Shown one piece after another: positions 50,868 through 61,248 of a stretch of 64,000 nt of DNA. The stretch is from an uncultured delta proteobacterium. Its GTDB lineage: Bacteria > Desulfobacterota > Binatia > UBA9968. The DNA lies in NCBI GenBank assembly GCA_963737905.1, contig CAVTUQ010000009.1:128001-192000 (forward strand), written 5' to 3'. Both the position numbers and the translations under genes were made by a program. Position 1 is the stretch's first letter, and each line of letters opens with the position of its first letter. Below the pieces are notes generated by a model. It saw nothing but the letters and a program-made list of their open reading frames with translations, was not told where the DNA came from and did not search any database.

Positions 50868-51833
50868 GTGCTCATCAACTGTGTCGCTTATCAGAATGGT
50901 CGTAAACTTGCCGATATCCCGGTTCACCAGATTCATCTCTTTGTCAACGAGACCGACTGCTTTGTTTGGGTTGCTCTGAAAGATCCGGAGCCAGCGGAGC
51001 TCGAAGCCATGCAGAAAGAGTTCGGGCTGCATGAACTGGCCGTCGAAGATGCACAACATGGGCATCAGCGCCCCAAGATCGAAGAATACGGGCAATCGCT
51101 GTTCGTAGTCCTGCAGATGATTGAACCTTCCGACGGTGAGCTTAACATAGGCGAGGTGGCGATTTTCGCAGGAAAAAACTATGTCCTGTCCGTGCGCAGC
51201 GGAGCGGAGCGCGGATTTACGGACGTGCGTGACCGATGTGAAAGGGAACCGGAGCTACTGCAGCATGGGTCCGGATACGTGCTGTATGCGCTCATGGATG
51301 CAGTGGTGGATCGCTATTTTCCAATTCTTGATGCTCTGGAAACGCAGCTGGAGAGTATCGAGGACAGGATCTTTGCGAATCAGACGACGCGGTTAACTGT
51401 CGAGGACCTGTATGAGCAGAAAAGAAAGCTCATGATTCTCAAACACGCCACCGAGCCGTTGCTCGACGCGACGGGCAGGCTTTTCGGTGGTCGTGTGCCC
51501 CAGCTCTGCGCAGGTCTCCATGAGTATTTTCGCGATGTCTACGATCACCTATTACGACTCAATCAGTCCATCGACAGCCAGCGTGATATGGTCACCACGG
51601 CCATCTCCGTCAATCTGTCTCTAATCACCTTGCAGGAGAGCGAGGTCACCAAACGCCTCGCTGCCTATGCCGCCCTTGTAGCGGTGCCGACAATGATCGT
51701 GGGTGTCTACGGCATGAACTTTGATTACATGCCGGAATTGCGCTCGCCCTACGGCTATCCTCTAACCCTTGGTGTCATGGCCGCCCTCGACGCCTATCTA
51801 TTCTATCGTTTTCGTCAAGCCAAATGGCTCTAG
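50868..51833 (+). CDS. corA: Magnesium/cobalt transporter CorA
   Basis: FGLHELAVED, QRPKIEEY and the YGMNF signature. Confidence 0.95.
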   Translation: MLINCVAYQNGRKLADIPVHQIHLFVNETDCFVWVALKDPEPAELEAMQKEFGLHELAVEDAQHGHQRPKIEEYGQSLFVVLQMIEPSDGELNIGEVAIFAGKNYVLSVRSGAERGFTDVRDRCEREPELLQHGSGYVLYALMDAVVDRYFPILDALETQLESIEDRIFANQTTRLTVEDLYEQKRKLMILKHATEPLLDATGRLFGGRVPQLCAGLHEYFRDVYDHLLRLNQSIDSQRDMVTTAISVNLSLITLQESEVTKRLAAYAALVAVPTMIVGVYGMNFDYMPELRSPYGYPLTLGVMAALDAYLFYRFRQAKWL

Positions 51834-51886
51834 GGGGGATTATGCGCTAATGATTCAGCTGCAAGCGCTCCGGAGCGAGGTTTCGG

Positions 51887-51953
51887 CTCAAGGTTCAAAG
51901 TTCAATGTTCAAGGTCAGGCACGGGTTGAAACGTTGAACCTGGAACCTTGAAC
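51887..51953. repeat. GTTCAA/TTGAAC heptamer palindrome
   Basis: GTTCAAA GTTCAAT GTTCAAG ... GTTGAAA CGTTGAA CCTGGAA CCTTGAA. Confidence 0.8.
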
Positions 51954-52060
51954 ATCCGCTTGTGTGCTCGTTCCTACCGGCTTGTCCCTGTATCAGTTGC
52001 TCTTTCTCACAGTCCTTTGATAGTCATGGAGCAGGTGTATCTGTGTACAGGAGGTGAAAC

Positions 52061-52879
52061 GTGGTCGAAATGAAAACCGTAATTCCCAAGCTCGATGAAG
52101 AAACCGGCGTCGCGTGGCTGACGTTGAATCGACCGGAAAAGAAGAACGCGATGAGCCGGGGTCTGATGTCGGAGCTGATCGCGCTTCTCAAGGAGCTTCG
52201 AGACAACGACAAGATTCGCTGTATTGTGACCACCGGTGCGGGCAATTCCTATTCTTCAGGGCTCGACCTTTATGATTTGCGGGAGAGTTGGAAACGCAAG
52301 CGAAGGTGGGACGAAGGCGGATCAACGTATGAGATCGTCAAGCTCCTGCGCAGCGCGCCGCAAGTGACCGTTGCCGCGATCAACGGCTGGTGTCTCGGTG
52401 GCGGTCTAGCTCTCCTGAACGGTCATGATCTTGCGGTATCGTGTGAGTCGGCAATGTTCGGCATGCCGGAGGTCATCCGGGGCAGTTATGGCGCCGTCGC
52501 GACTTCGACCTTGTTCCACAGTGGCATTCCGGTCAAGAAAGCATTTTATGTCCAGCTCACCGGCCGCAATTTAACTGCGGCAGAAGCGGAGCGGGTCGGC
52601 CTGGTTTCTCAGGTCGTGCCGGACAACCAGCTGATCCCCTACGTCGAACAGCTTGCGAAAGAAATTGGTTCTCGCAACGGAGCGACTCTGGAAAGCGCTA
52701 AGATCGCCGCCTATATGGAAAAGGATTTGGACTTCGATACGGCACTCAGAGCCGACGATTTGGTGTCCCATCGAATGAGATACTACACCAATCCATTGAA
52801 TGACGTGGAAGGCTATCTGCACTCCCAAAAGGGAGGCGGCACGACCGGTTATGTCAAGCCGGAGGATAGGAAGAAGTAG
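52061..52879 (+). CDS. Crotonase family protein, hydroxycinnamoyl-CoA hydratase/lyase-like
   Basis: LNRPEKKNAMS, SSGLDL, INGWCLGGG and FGMPE motifs. Confidence 0.85.
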   Translation: MVEMKTVIPKLDEETGVAWLTLNRPEKKNAMSRGLMSELIALLKELRDNDKIRCIVTTGAGNSYSSGLDLYDLRESWKRKRRWDEGGSTYEIVKLLRSAPQVTVAAINGWCLGGGLALLNGHDLAVSCESAMFGMPEVIRGSYGAVATSTLFHSGIPVKKAFYVQLTGRNLTAAEAERVGLVSQVVPDNQLIPYVEQLAKEIGSRNGATLESAKIAAYMEKDLDFDTALRADDLVSHRMRYYTNPLNDVEGYLHSQKGGGTTGYVKPEDRKK

Positions 52880-52998
52880 ATTGAGTGTTGAGTCTTGAGT
52901 GTTGAGAAAGAAACTCGGAAGAAGGAGAAGCAGCAACACCGGGCGAAACTCGTCATTCAGGTTTCGTCAATCAGCAGTGTTTGTGTGGAGGAACTAAA

Positions 52999-54127
52999 AT
53001 GTTACGTACTCCGTTGTGTGATCTATTAGGTATCGACGTTCCCATCATTCAAGCCGGCATGGGCTGGGACAAGGAAGGAATGACAACACCGCCTGCGTTG
53101 GTGGCCGCGGTTTCGAATGCCGGAGGTCTGGGTTGTATCGGCGGCAGCTCCATACGGCCGGAAGTAATTCGCGAAAGAATACGGGCGGTGCGAAAGCTTA
53201 CGGATCGGCCGTTCGGTGTCGATATCACTTTGCCCAAGATGGAAGACGTCAAGATTCCCGACCCGGATGAAGTTCGCAAAGAAATCGAAGAAAAATATCC
53301 CAAGCATGCGAAATTTACCGACGAGCTGATACCCAAGCTGGGCTTGACGCCGCAGCCGCCGGATCGAAAGAGCTGGGTCAAAACGCCGGCGGCGACTCGC
53401 GAGCAGTTGAAAGTCATTCTGGAGGAGAAGGTGCCGATTCTCATCATCGGCCTCGGCGATACGGCGGAGGTCGTGCCGCTCGCCCACGATAGAGACATCA
53501 AGGTCATGGCGCTGGCGGGAGCGGTAAAGCATGCTTTAAGCCACGCGCGCAAAGGCTCCGACGTGATCATCGCCCAAGGTTACGAAGCGGGCGGGCACAC
53601 GGGAACGATCGGTAACTTTCCTTTGATCCCGCAGATCGTCGATGCGGTGAAACCCACTGCCCGTAGTCGCTGCCGGCGGTATCTGCGACGGCCGCGGGGT
53701 GGCCGCGGCGCTGGCTTTGGGCGCGGTTGGCGTGTGGTGCGGCACGGCATTCTTGGTGAGCCAGGAGTGCGGAATCAACCCGGTCTACAAAAAACAAATT
53801 TTGAACGGCAGCTCGGAGGACTTCGTCCGCACAGCCTATACGAGCGGTCATTACGCGCGACACTATCGAAGCCCGGTCATCAAGGCGTGGTTGGATTCTG
53901 GACTCGACGCGATGCCGACGCCATATCAGGGAAACGCCATGGACGAAATCCGCCGCGCCGCTGAAGCGGCCGACCGAGTGGATGTTTTGCACGTTCCCGG
54001 CGGCCAGGTCGCCGGTATGTTGAACGAGGAGAAAAGCGCCAAGCCCGCCAAGGAAATCGTCGAACGGATGGTTGAAGAGGCGGCGCGGATCTTAAATAAC
54101 ATTCGCAGTCAATACGTAGGAGCATGA
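52999..54127 (+). CDS. Nitronate monooxygenase/FabK-like FMN oxidoreductase, frameshift near 53655
   Basis: PIIQAGM, AVSNAGGLG and QGYEAGGH; then VVAAGGI.DG.G.AAALALGA..VWCGTAF in the next frame. Confidence 0.88.
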
Positions 54128-54135
54128 GAAGACAA

Positions 54136-54281
54136 AAACCGAAAATTCGAATATCGAAATCCGAAACAAATCTGAAAACTCAAATCCCAATAACGAAATC
54201 CAAAACGGACTTGTTTGGAGCTTTCAGAATTTCGATCATTTGAATTTGTTTCGAATTTCGGATTTCGTGCTTCGGATTTTG
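54136..54281. repeat. TCGAAA/TTTCGA heptamer long palindrome
   Basis: AATTCGA ATATCGA AATCCGA AACAAAT ... ATTTGTT TCGAATT TCGGATT TCGTGCT TCGGATT. Confidence 0.8.
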
Positions 54282-54329
54282 ATACAGCACAGTTCTTAAG
54301 ATTAGGAAAAGGGGATTTAAGGCAGGACT

Positions 54330-56727
54330 ATGAGCGTAGCATTTCTCGAAGGCTATCGGGCGCTGGACTTGACGACACTAAGCGGACAATTGTGCGGCCG
54401 CGTGCTTACGGATCTGGGCATGGAAGTGATCAAGATCGAACCGCCCGGCGGCGACCCGGTGCGCTGTGTGCCCCCGTTCGCAAAATCGGTTGATGGCAAA
54501 CAGCTCAGCACAACTTTTGCGCACCTCAACGCGGGCAAAGCGAGCAAGGTGCTCGACCTCGATCGTGAGGCGGACCGCGCCGAGCTCCAACGGATGGTTG
54601 AAACTGCCGACGTGGTGCTAGAGAGTTTTCAGCCGGGAGAGCTGGAGGCCAAGGGCCTCGGTTACAAAGCGTTGGCGGCAATCAATCCCGGCATCGTCAT
54701 GGCTTCGATCACCGGCTTCGGCCAGACGGGACCAAAGAAAAATCTTCAGTGCAACGATCTCGTCGCGCTAGCCGAGAGCGGGTTTTTGTATATCTCCGGC
54801 GATCCCTCGTTGCCGCCTTGCCGGCCGCCGGAGACGCAAGCGTATTATTTCGCGAGTTTGTTTGCCGCCGCCGGCGTACTGGCGGCTCTCTACCGGCGCG
54901 AGCGAACCGGGCAAGGAGATCACGTCGATTCGTCGATGCAAGAAACCTTGGCCACGCAAGAGCATATCATTCGGCTCTGGGCGAACGAGAACCAGATTTC
55001 CCAGCGCGCGGGGAGCCAGCACGGCTCCGTGGCGCCGGCGAAGATTTTTTCCTCCAAGGACGGCTTCGTCTATCTCTACGTGACCCGGCAGCATTGGAAG
55101 CTGTTCCTGACAATCTGGAAAGATCATGCCCCGGTGTTCGACGCGCCGGAGTGGCTCAATAACCTCTATCGCCGCGCCCATGCGGATGAGCTCAATCAGG
55201 CTGTCCAGGCCTTCGTCGGCAAATTTACCATGGCTGAGGTCACGGAGCTGCTGCAAGCGAAGGGCATTCCTTGCGTTCCGGTCAATACGCCGTTGGGGTT
55301 TGCCAATGACGAGCATGTGCGGGGCCGGGGCTTCATGGCGCCCGTGGAGCACGTTGGTTTCGGCAGCGCCGAGCAGCCGGCGATGCCGTTCGTCATCGAC
55401 GGCGCCCGGCCAACGGTTGGTAGCGTACCGGTTCTGGATAGCTGGCGAAACAACAAACACCCCACTTCTAAAGACCTGGTTCCCTCGCCCGCCTCGGGAG
55501 AGGGAAAGGGTGAGGGCAGCGCAAGCGGCAACGGTCCTTTGGACGGCATGCGCATCGTCAGTTTTGATCACGTGCTCGCCGCGCCTTATGGCACAACGAT
55601 CCTGGCGGAGCTGGGTGCGGACGTTATCAAAGTCGAATCGAGTAAAGGTGGCATGGACCCGTTTCGTTTCTTCGGCACGGGAGAAGATCCCAATGTTTCG
55701 CCGCGCTTTCTAGAATTCAACCGCAACAAAAGATCCTTCACGGTGAATCTCAAGCATCCGAAGGGGCCAAGAGTGCTACACGATCTGGTCGCGAAGGCCG
55801 ACGCCGTGCTCGATAATTACAGCGTTGACGTGGTCGAGCGGATCGGATTGGGTTATGAGGATCTCCGCAAAGTCAAGCCGGATATTATCAATCTGCGGAT
55901 GCCCGGTCTGGGTACCACGGGGCCAAAGCGCCATTTCTCGACCGTGGGTGTGAACATCACGGCATTCACCGGACTCACATATTTGTGGAATCATCCGGGC
56001 GTCACCGATCCGCCCGTTGGTTCGCAGACGGTGTTCCCAGATTACGTGTCGGGAGTGTTATGCGCGATCATCATCATATCCGGGGTGCTTTATCGCGATC
56101 GCCAAAAGAGGGGCGCGTTCATCGACCTGGCCCAATCTGAAGCGACGGCATTCATGATCGGCGCGAATCTCATGGAAGCGGCGGCGAGCGGCAAGGGTCC
56201 GCAGCCGATCGGCAATGCGTCATTTTCCATAGCACCGCACGATTGCTACCCGTGCAAGGGTGAGGATCGCTGGTGCGTCATTGCCACGGAAACCGACCAG
56301 CAGTGGGCGGCCTTAGCGCGCATCCTAGGCGTCGAAGCAGGACCAGCGTTTTAAGACCAACGCCGACAGGCTGAAAAACCGTGATGCGTTGAACGCACTG
56401 ATAACGCAATGGACGAAGGATCAAGAGGCTTTTGCGATCCGCGATCTACTGCAAAAGGCCCGTGTCCCTGCCGGAGTCGTGCAAACCGGCGAGGATCTGA
56501 CTAATGATCCGCACCTTAAGGAGCGGGGCTTCATTGTTGCGGTGGAAAATCCACGACTCGGCCGTGTGGTGCTGCCCAATTTTCCTTTGCAATTCGCCAA
56601 CGCAAAGCTGACGCGCCGTTGGGAGTTTCCCGTCCTGGGACGCGACACGGAGGCGGTGCTGCGTGATGTGGTCGGTTACAGCGAGGAAACGGTCAAACAG
56701 CTTGGGAGTGAGGGAGTGTTGGAGTAG
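54330..56727 (+). CDS. Fused two-domain family III (CaiB/BaiF) CoA-transferase, frameshift near 56340
   Basis: Two LGxxVIKxE...NxxKxS modules; C-terminal piece in ORF 56389-56727 (PVLGRDTEAVL). Confidence 0.9.
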
Positions 56728-56749
56728 AGGGAGTTGGAGTATTGGAGTG

Positions 56750-57794
56750 ATGTTTCCAATGAGCCTAGTTCTATTGAGTCTGATTTGTTTGTTTGGCATG
56801 ACTTCGTCGCTTGCGGCGCAAACGAAATCGGTAGCGGATCTCGCCAACTATCGCGGTGTGGACCGCGAGGAAATGCTCAAGGCCGGCGCCAGGAACGAAG
56901 GAAAGTTGGTCTGGTATACAAGCCTCACCGCGCACCGTGACATCGCCAATGTGTTTGAGAGCAAAATATCCCGGCATCAAAGTGGAGACCTATCGCGCCG
57001 GTCCCACGGATCTCTCAAGAAGACTTTTGACTGAGGCCGAGGCACGACGAAGTATCGCAGATCTGATCGAGACGACTCCTGCGACACTGATGCTGATGCG
57101 CGACAACAAACTTCTCATGCCGTATTTTTCGCCGCACCTAGCCGCTTTTCCGGATGAATCGAAAGAGACGGCCGACAAGTCCAAGGTGTATTGGACCACC
57201 GATCGCGAGTCGATGGTGAGCCTTGGATACAACACCAATATGATCCGGCCAGCCGCGGTTCCCAAGAGCTTTGCCGAGCTGGTGAAGCCCGAAAACAGAG
57301 GCAAAATAGCCGTCAGCGGGGACACCACCGGAGTCCGCATGATCGGCGCGATGATCTACGCCAAAGGGGGAGAGTACGTCAAGCAGCTCAAGACCCTGGA
57401 CGTCAAAATGCACATGATTTCCGGCGGGGCGATGCACGAACTGTTGGCGGCCGGCGAGATGCCCATGTCTATATCGATCTTTCGCAATCATGTACTCGCC
57501 GCGCATCCGAAAGGCGCTCCGACGCAGTGGGTTCCGCTGGACTTGGTTCCCACTAACGCCGGAGGCGTTGCTCTACCGGCGGCGACCAACCATCCATACG
57601 CCGCGATATTGTTCGCAGATTTCCTGATCAGTCCCGAAGGGCAGAAGATTTTTGAAGAGAAGTTTCGCTTCGCGGTTCCCACCAAAAACTACGGCTTCAA
57701 ACGCTGGTATCCGGAGAAAGGTCTCACGACAGAGCAGTATGAGAAGGCCGAGGATCGCTGGAAGAAGCTGTTGATGGATATAGTGCGAAGATAA
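56750..57794 (+). CDS. ABC substrate-binding protein, AfuA-like, frameshift near 56963
   Basis: Paralog of 15754-16800; extra A in the FESKYP codons. Confidence 0.85.
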
Positions 57795-58024
57795 GCCACT
57801 GGGTTTTCCTGCATGATTGGATAGGCCCAGCTCCGTCGTCGCGGTGGGATCACAAATCGCGAAAATGTCATTCCGAGCGCGGAGCGAGGAATATCTCTTG
57901 ATGTACAGGCGAGCCGCTATGTAATTTGACAGTCTTCGGGTGCGGGAGTAGGGATAGGGTTGCGCGATTCCACTCGCGCGAATCCAACAAACGAACGTTT
58001 ATAAATCAGAAGGAGGAAAGGACC

Positions 58025-58846
58025 ATGGCAGACTATCAAACTCTTTTAGTTGACAACAAGGACGGGGTGACGACGATTACATTGAATCGTCCAGAGAAGC
58101 GCAATGCGATGAGCCCGCAGCTTCACCGCGAGATGTATGATTGTTTAACCGATCTCCGCTACGACAAGGATACTCGCGTGATCATTATTACTGGAGCCGG
58201 CGAGAGTTTCTGCGCGGGGCAGGATTTGAAGCAATATTTTATCGAGATGGATTCTCAGCCGGAGCGCGTGCGGGACGAGGTGCGGGAAAAATCGCGCCAG
58301 TGGCGGAATGAGATCCTGCGCAAAATGCCGCAGCCGGTGATTGCTCGTATCAATGGCTGGGTCTTCGGTGGTGGATTCACCGTTGTCACAGGGTGTGACA
58401 TCGCGATCGCGGCCGACGACGTACAGTTCGGACTGTCGGAAGTCAATTTTGGACATTTTCCAGGCGGCGAAGTGACGATTGTCTTGACCGAGCATCTTCA
58501 GCCGAAGCACGGGCTCTACTACGCGCTCACGGGGAAAACCATGAACGCCAAAGAAGCAGAACGCATCGGCTTGATTACCAAGGCGGTGCCGCGGGCCGAT
58601 CTAGACAAAGAAGTGATGGAGATTGCGAACAACCTGAAAGAAAAAGCGCCGTCGGCGCTGAACGCGGTCAAGGAAGCGTGGTACTACACGTTCTATTCCA
58701 ATCCGGAAGTCGCCTATGAAATCTCCGGGTTGATTTCCGATAAAGCCAAACTTGCGATCGGCGGGCGCCCGGGGTTGCAGCAGTTCGCGCGTAAAGAATA
58801 CCGGCCAGGACTCGGTTCGTACAAGTTTGAAGAGAAGAAAGAGTAG
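58025..58846 (+). CDS. p-Hydroxycinnamoyl-CoA hydratase/lyase-like crotonase
   Basis: LNRPEKRNAMSP, AGQDLKQYF, NGWVFGGGF, FGLSEVNFG, LYYALTGKT and QF...PGLGSY, all close to HCHL/Ech motifs. Confidence 0.85.
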   Translation: MADYQTLLVDNKDGVTTITLNRPEKRNAMSPQLHREMYDCLTDLRYDKDTRVIIITGAGESFCAGQDLKQYFIEMDSQPERVRDEVREKSRQWRNEILRKMPQPVIARINGWVFGGGFTVVTGCDIAIAADDVQFGLSEVNFGHFPGGEVTIVLTEHLQPKHGLYYALTGKTMNAKEAERIGLITKAVPRADLDKEVMEIANNLKEKAPSALNAVKEAWYYTFYSNPEVAYEISGLISDKAKLAIGGRPGLQQFARKEYRPGLGSYKFEEKKE

Positions 58847-58941
58847 AGCCAGACGTCAGATGTCAGAAGTCGGAGGTCAGACTCGAAACTCGGAAATTCT
58901 TTGTCTGATTTCTGACCTCTGATCTTCGACTTCCGATCTCT
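58847..58941. repeat. TCAGA/TCTGA heptamer palindrome
   Basis: GCCAGAC GTCAGAT GTCAGAA GTCGGAG GTCAGA ... TCTGATT TCTGACC TCTGATC TTCGACT TCCGATC TCTG. Confidence 0.8.
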
Positions 58942-58953
58942 GGGAGAACCATC

Positions 58954-60108
58954 ATGGATTTCAATTTGCCTGAAGAATTGCAGATGCTCAAAGACACGCT
59001 GCGGAAGTTCGTCGACAAAGAGCTGATTCCCATCGAGATGCATACGCTTGAGAACATGGAGCTGAAGACGGACATCCGCGAGCGCCTCGAGAAGAAAACC
59101 AAAGAGATGGGGCTGTGGATGTTTGACGTGCCCGAAGAGTATGGAGGCGGCGGACTGGGTAGTCTCGCGCAGGTCTTGGTGTGGGAAGAACTCGCCCGTA
59201 CCGTCGCGTTGCCGTCACGCGGCCAGGGGATCTTCGGGCCGGATATCCGGCCGATCTTGTATGCATTGAATGACGACCAGAAGAAACGTTTTATGGATCC
59301 CATTTTGCGCGGCGAGAAAAAGCTCTGCTTCATGCAGACCGAACCGGATGCGGGTTCTGATCCGGCTTCGATGAAGACACGCGCCGTGCGTCAGGGAGAT
59401 TATTACATCATCAACGGTACCAAGCGCTTTATCACTGGGGCAGGGGACGCCGACTTCGGCCAGTTGATGGCCGTTACCGATCCCGCGAAGGCGGCTCACG
59501 GCGGCATCTCCTGTTTCATGATCGATATGAAATCGCCCGGACTCACGCTGGTCACGAAGTTCAAAACCATCATGGGCGAGGAACCCTGGCAGATCGCCTT
59601 CGACGACATGAAAGTCCCGGTGGAAAATCTCGTCGGCAAAGAAGGCGAAGGATTCAAACTAGCGCAGAAATGGTTAGGCATCGGCCGGCTGAAACATGGG
59701 GCGCGCGCCTTGGGTGTCGCCGAGCGCTGCATCGAAATGGGCGCCCGCTATTCTAAACAACGGGTGACCTTCGGCAAGCCGTTATCGGAACGCCAGGGCA
59801 TTACTTTCAAACTGGCGGACTCTTACGTCGAGCTTCACGCCGCTCGCCTGATGGTCTATCAAGCCGCTTGGAAAAACGATCAGAAGCAAGATATCCGCAA
59901 CGAGGCCTACATGGCGAAGCTTTTCGCCGACGAGATGTCATTCCGCGTCGTTGACCGCGTGTTGCAGATCCACGGCGGCATCGGCCTCACGTTGGATCTT
60001 CCCTTGGCGAAATGGTTTGTCGATCAGCGCAGCCGCATGATCACCGAAGGCGCCTCAGAGGTCATGCGCATGGTCATCGCCCGGGAAGTGCTAAAGAGGT
60101 ACAACTAA
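58954..60108 (+). CDS. Acyl-CoA dehydrogenase
   Basis: QTEPDAGSD, INGTKRFI, RVTFG, QIHGG and ITEGASE; full motif set. Confidence 0.93.
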   Translation: MDFNLPEELQMLKDTLRKFVDKELIPIEMHTLENMELKTDIRERLEKKTKEMGLWMFDVPEEYGGGGLGSLAQVLVWEELARTVALPSRGQGIFGPDIRPILYALNDDQKKRFMDPILRGEKKLCFMQTEPDAGSDPASMKTRAVRQGDYYIINGTKRFITGAGDADFGQLMAVTDPAKAAHGGISCFMIDMKSPGLTLVTKFKTIMGEEPWQIAFDDMKVPVENLVGKEGEGFKLAQKWLGIGRLKHGARALGVAERCIEMGARYSKQRVTFGKPLSERQGITFKLADSYVELHAARLMVYQAAWKNDQKQDIRNEAYMAKLFADEMSFRVVDRVLQIHGGIGLTLDLPLAKWFVDQRSRMITEGASEVMRMVIAREVLKRYN

Positions 60109-60114
60109 GGAAAA

Positions 60115-60210
60115 GTTCAAAACGTTCAAGTCGTTCAAGAAGTTCAAGCCGTTTGGGACTCAGCTGTGGAATTTAATCACGCTTTGAACGGCTTGCGTGG
60201 ATTGAACAGT
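60115..60210. repeat. GTTCAA/TTGAAC nonamer palindrome
   Basis: GTTCAAAAC GTTCAAGTC GTTCAAGAA GTTCAAGCC ... TTGAACGGC ... TTGAACAG. Confidence 0.8.
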
Positions 60211-60215
60211 TAGCC

Positions 60216-60536
60216 TCACCACTTCGGCGCGGCGCGCCAGAGGACAAGGGCGGCAAGAAAACCAGCACCAACCAACGCTGCTACGGCAAAGGGTAAAAGA
60301 ACATAACCCTCGGCAAAGCCCGTGAGCACCACCGTAAACCAGAGCACCGCGAACCTTAACCAGATGTGAAGTGAGAACACTTTCTGATTTCGCTTGCGAA
60401 TCAGAAAAAGCCAGTCACGATCGGTAAAAGCGCGTCGCCCTCGGATCCGCCGTATCAATATCACCCATGCAATCACCGCGGGAATTAACAATAGGCCGTT
60501 GGTTGCCTGCCAAATTAGGATGTCGGCGATTGTCAT
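60216..60536 (-). CDS. Hypothetical membrane protein (3 TM segments)
   Basis: 106-aa ORF with three hydrophobic segments. Confidence 0.55.
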   Translation of the reverse strand: MTIADILIWQATNGLLLIPAVIAWVILIRRIRGRRAFTDRDWLFLIRKRNQKVFSLHIWLRFAVLWFTVVLTGFAEGYVLLPFAVAALVGAGFLAALVLWRAAPKW

Positions 60537-61005
60537 TGCAGCTTGGAATCAAGAAATTTCTGAGGGTTACCTGTGGCTGCAGAAGGCTTTTGCATGAGTT
60601 TTTTGCGGCTAGGATCGTCTCAGCTGGCAACTTCGCCAAAGCATCAGGAGCATTCGCGCTTCGACCACTGTTTTTACCGAATTTGCCAATTCGTAATAGT
60701 AGCCCCCCTCACTGAGGTCGCCGGCAACCCATATCAGTTAACCCAACGGGAATCTACTCCTGTTCGCGAGCTTTTTGTTATTGACGAGTGATGCTCCTTT
60801 ATGCCAAAATTCCGCCAGAAATTTATGGAGCATATATGTCGGGAACTGTCGTTGTGGGCTGGGGCGACTCTCGAGTTTTTCCTGTCCATTTTACCATCGG
60901 TTTTGTCTTTTCGAATCGCGCGGGCGAAACCGACGGTGCGGTCGAAGTTACTATCCGTGTTCTAGTTCTAGGATGGGTTAAAGTTAAAGCTAAGTTCTAA
61001 CTCGG

Positions 61006-61248
61006 TTAGGTAGCTGGCGACGGATACTGAATCGCTAATGTGATCAGCTTTGCGATTCGGTGATATCGTTGAAACCACTCGTATGGAATTACGAGCTCGG
61101 CTCTCTTTTTTTCAGCAAAGTTAATGAGAATGCATCTGGGATTAGGACTATCAGGATTCTGGGTGTCTGGCTGGGCGATATACCAGTCAAAATACCCGTG
61201 TTTCTCTAATATCTGCTGAATCATTGCTCGTTTATTTGGATAGTTCAC
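61006..61248 (-). CDS. Hypothetical protein (80 aa)
   Basis: AAGGGGG RBS before GTG; protein-like composition. Confidence 0.5.
   Translation of the reverse strand: MNYPNKRAMIQQILEKHGYFDWYIAQPDTQNPDSPNPRCILINFAEKKRAELVIPYEWFQRYHRIAKLITLAIQYPSPAT

Noticed and set aside
57866-57896. GTCATTCCGAGC...GAGGAAT REP-like half element as a mobile element
   Set aside because: Single short copy in the window with no partner arm or nuclease gene; insufficient support.
9862-60210. GTTCAA/TTGAAC repeats as CRISPR arrays
   Set aside because: Units are only 7-9 bp, with no 25-45 bp unique spacers and no cas genes.
60620-60830. c-di-GMP-I (GEMM) riboswitch upstream of the membrane protein gene
   Set aside because: Only a TGGCAA/TTGCCA pairing is present; the GAAA tetraloop and GACGCAAAGC core are missing.
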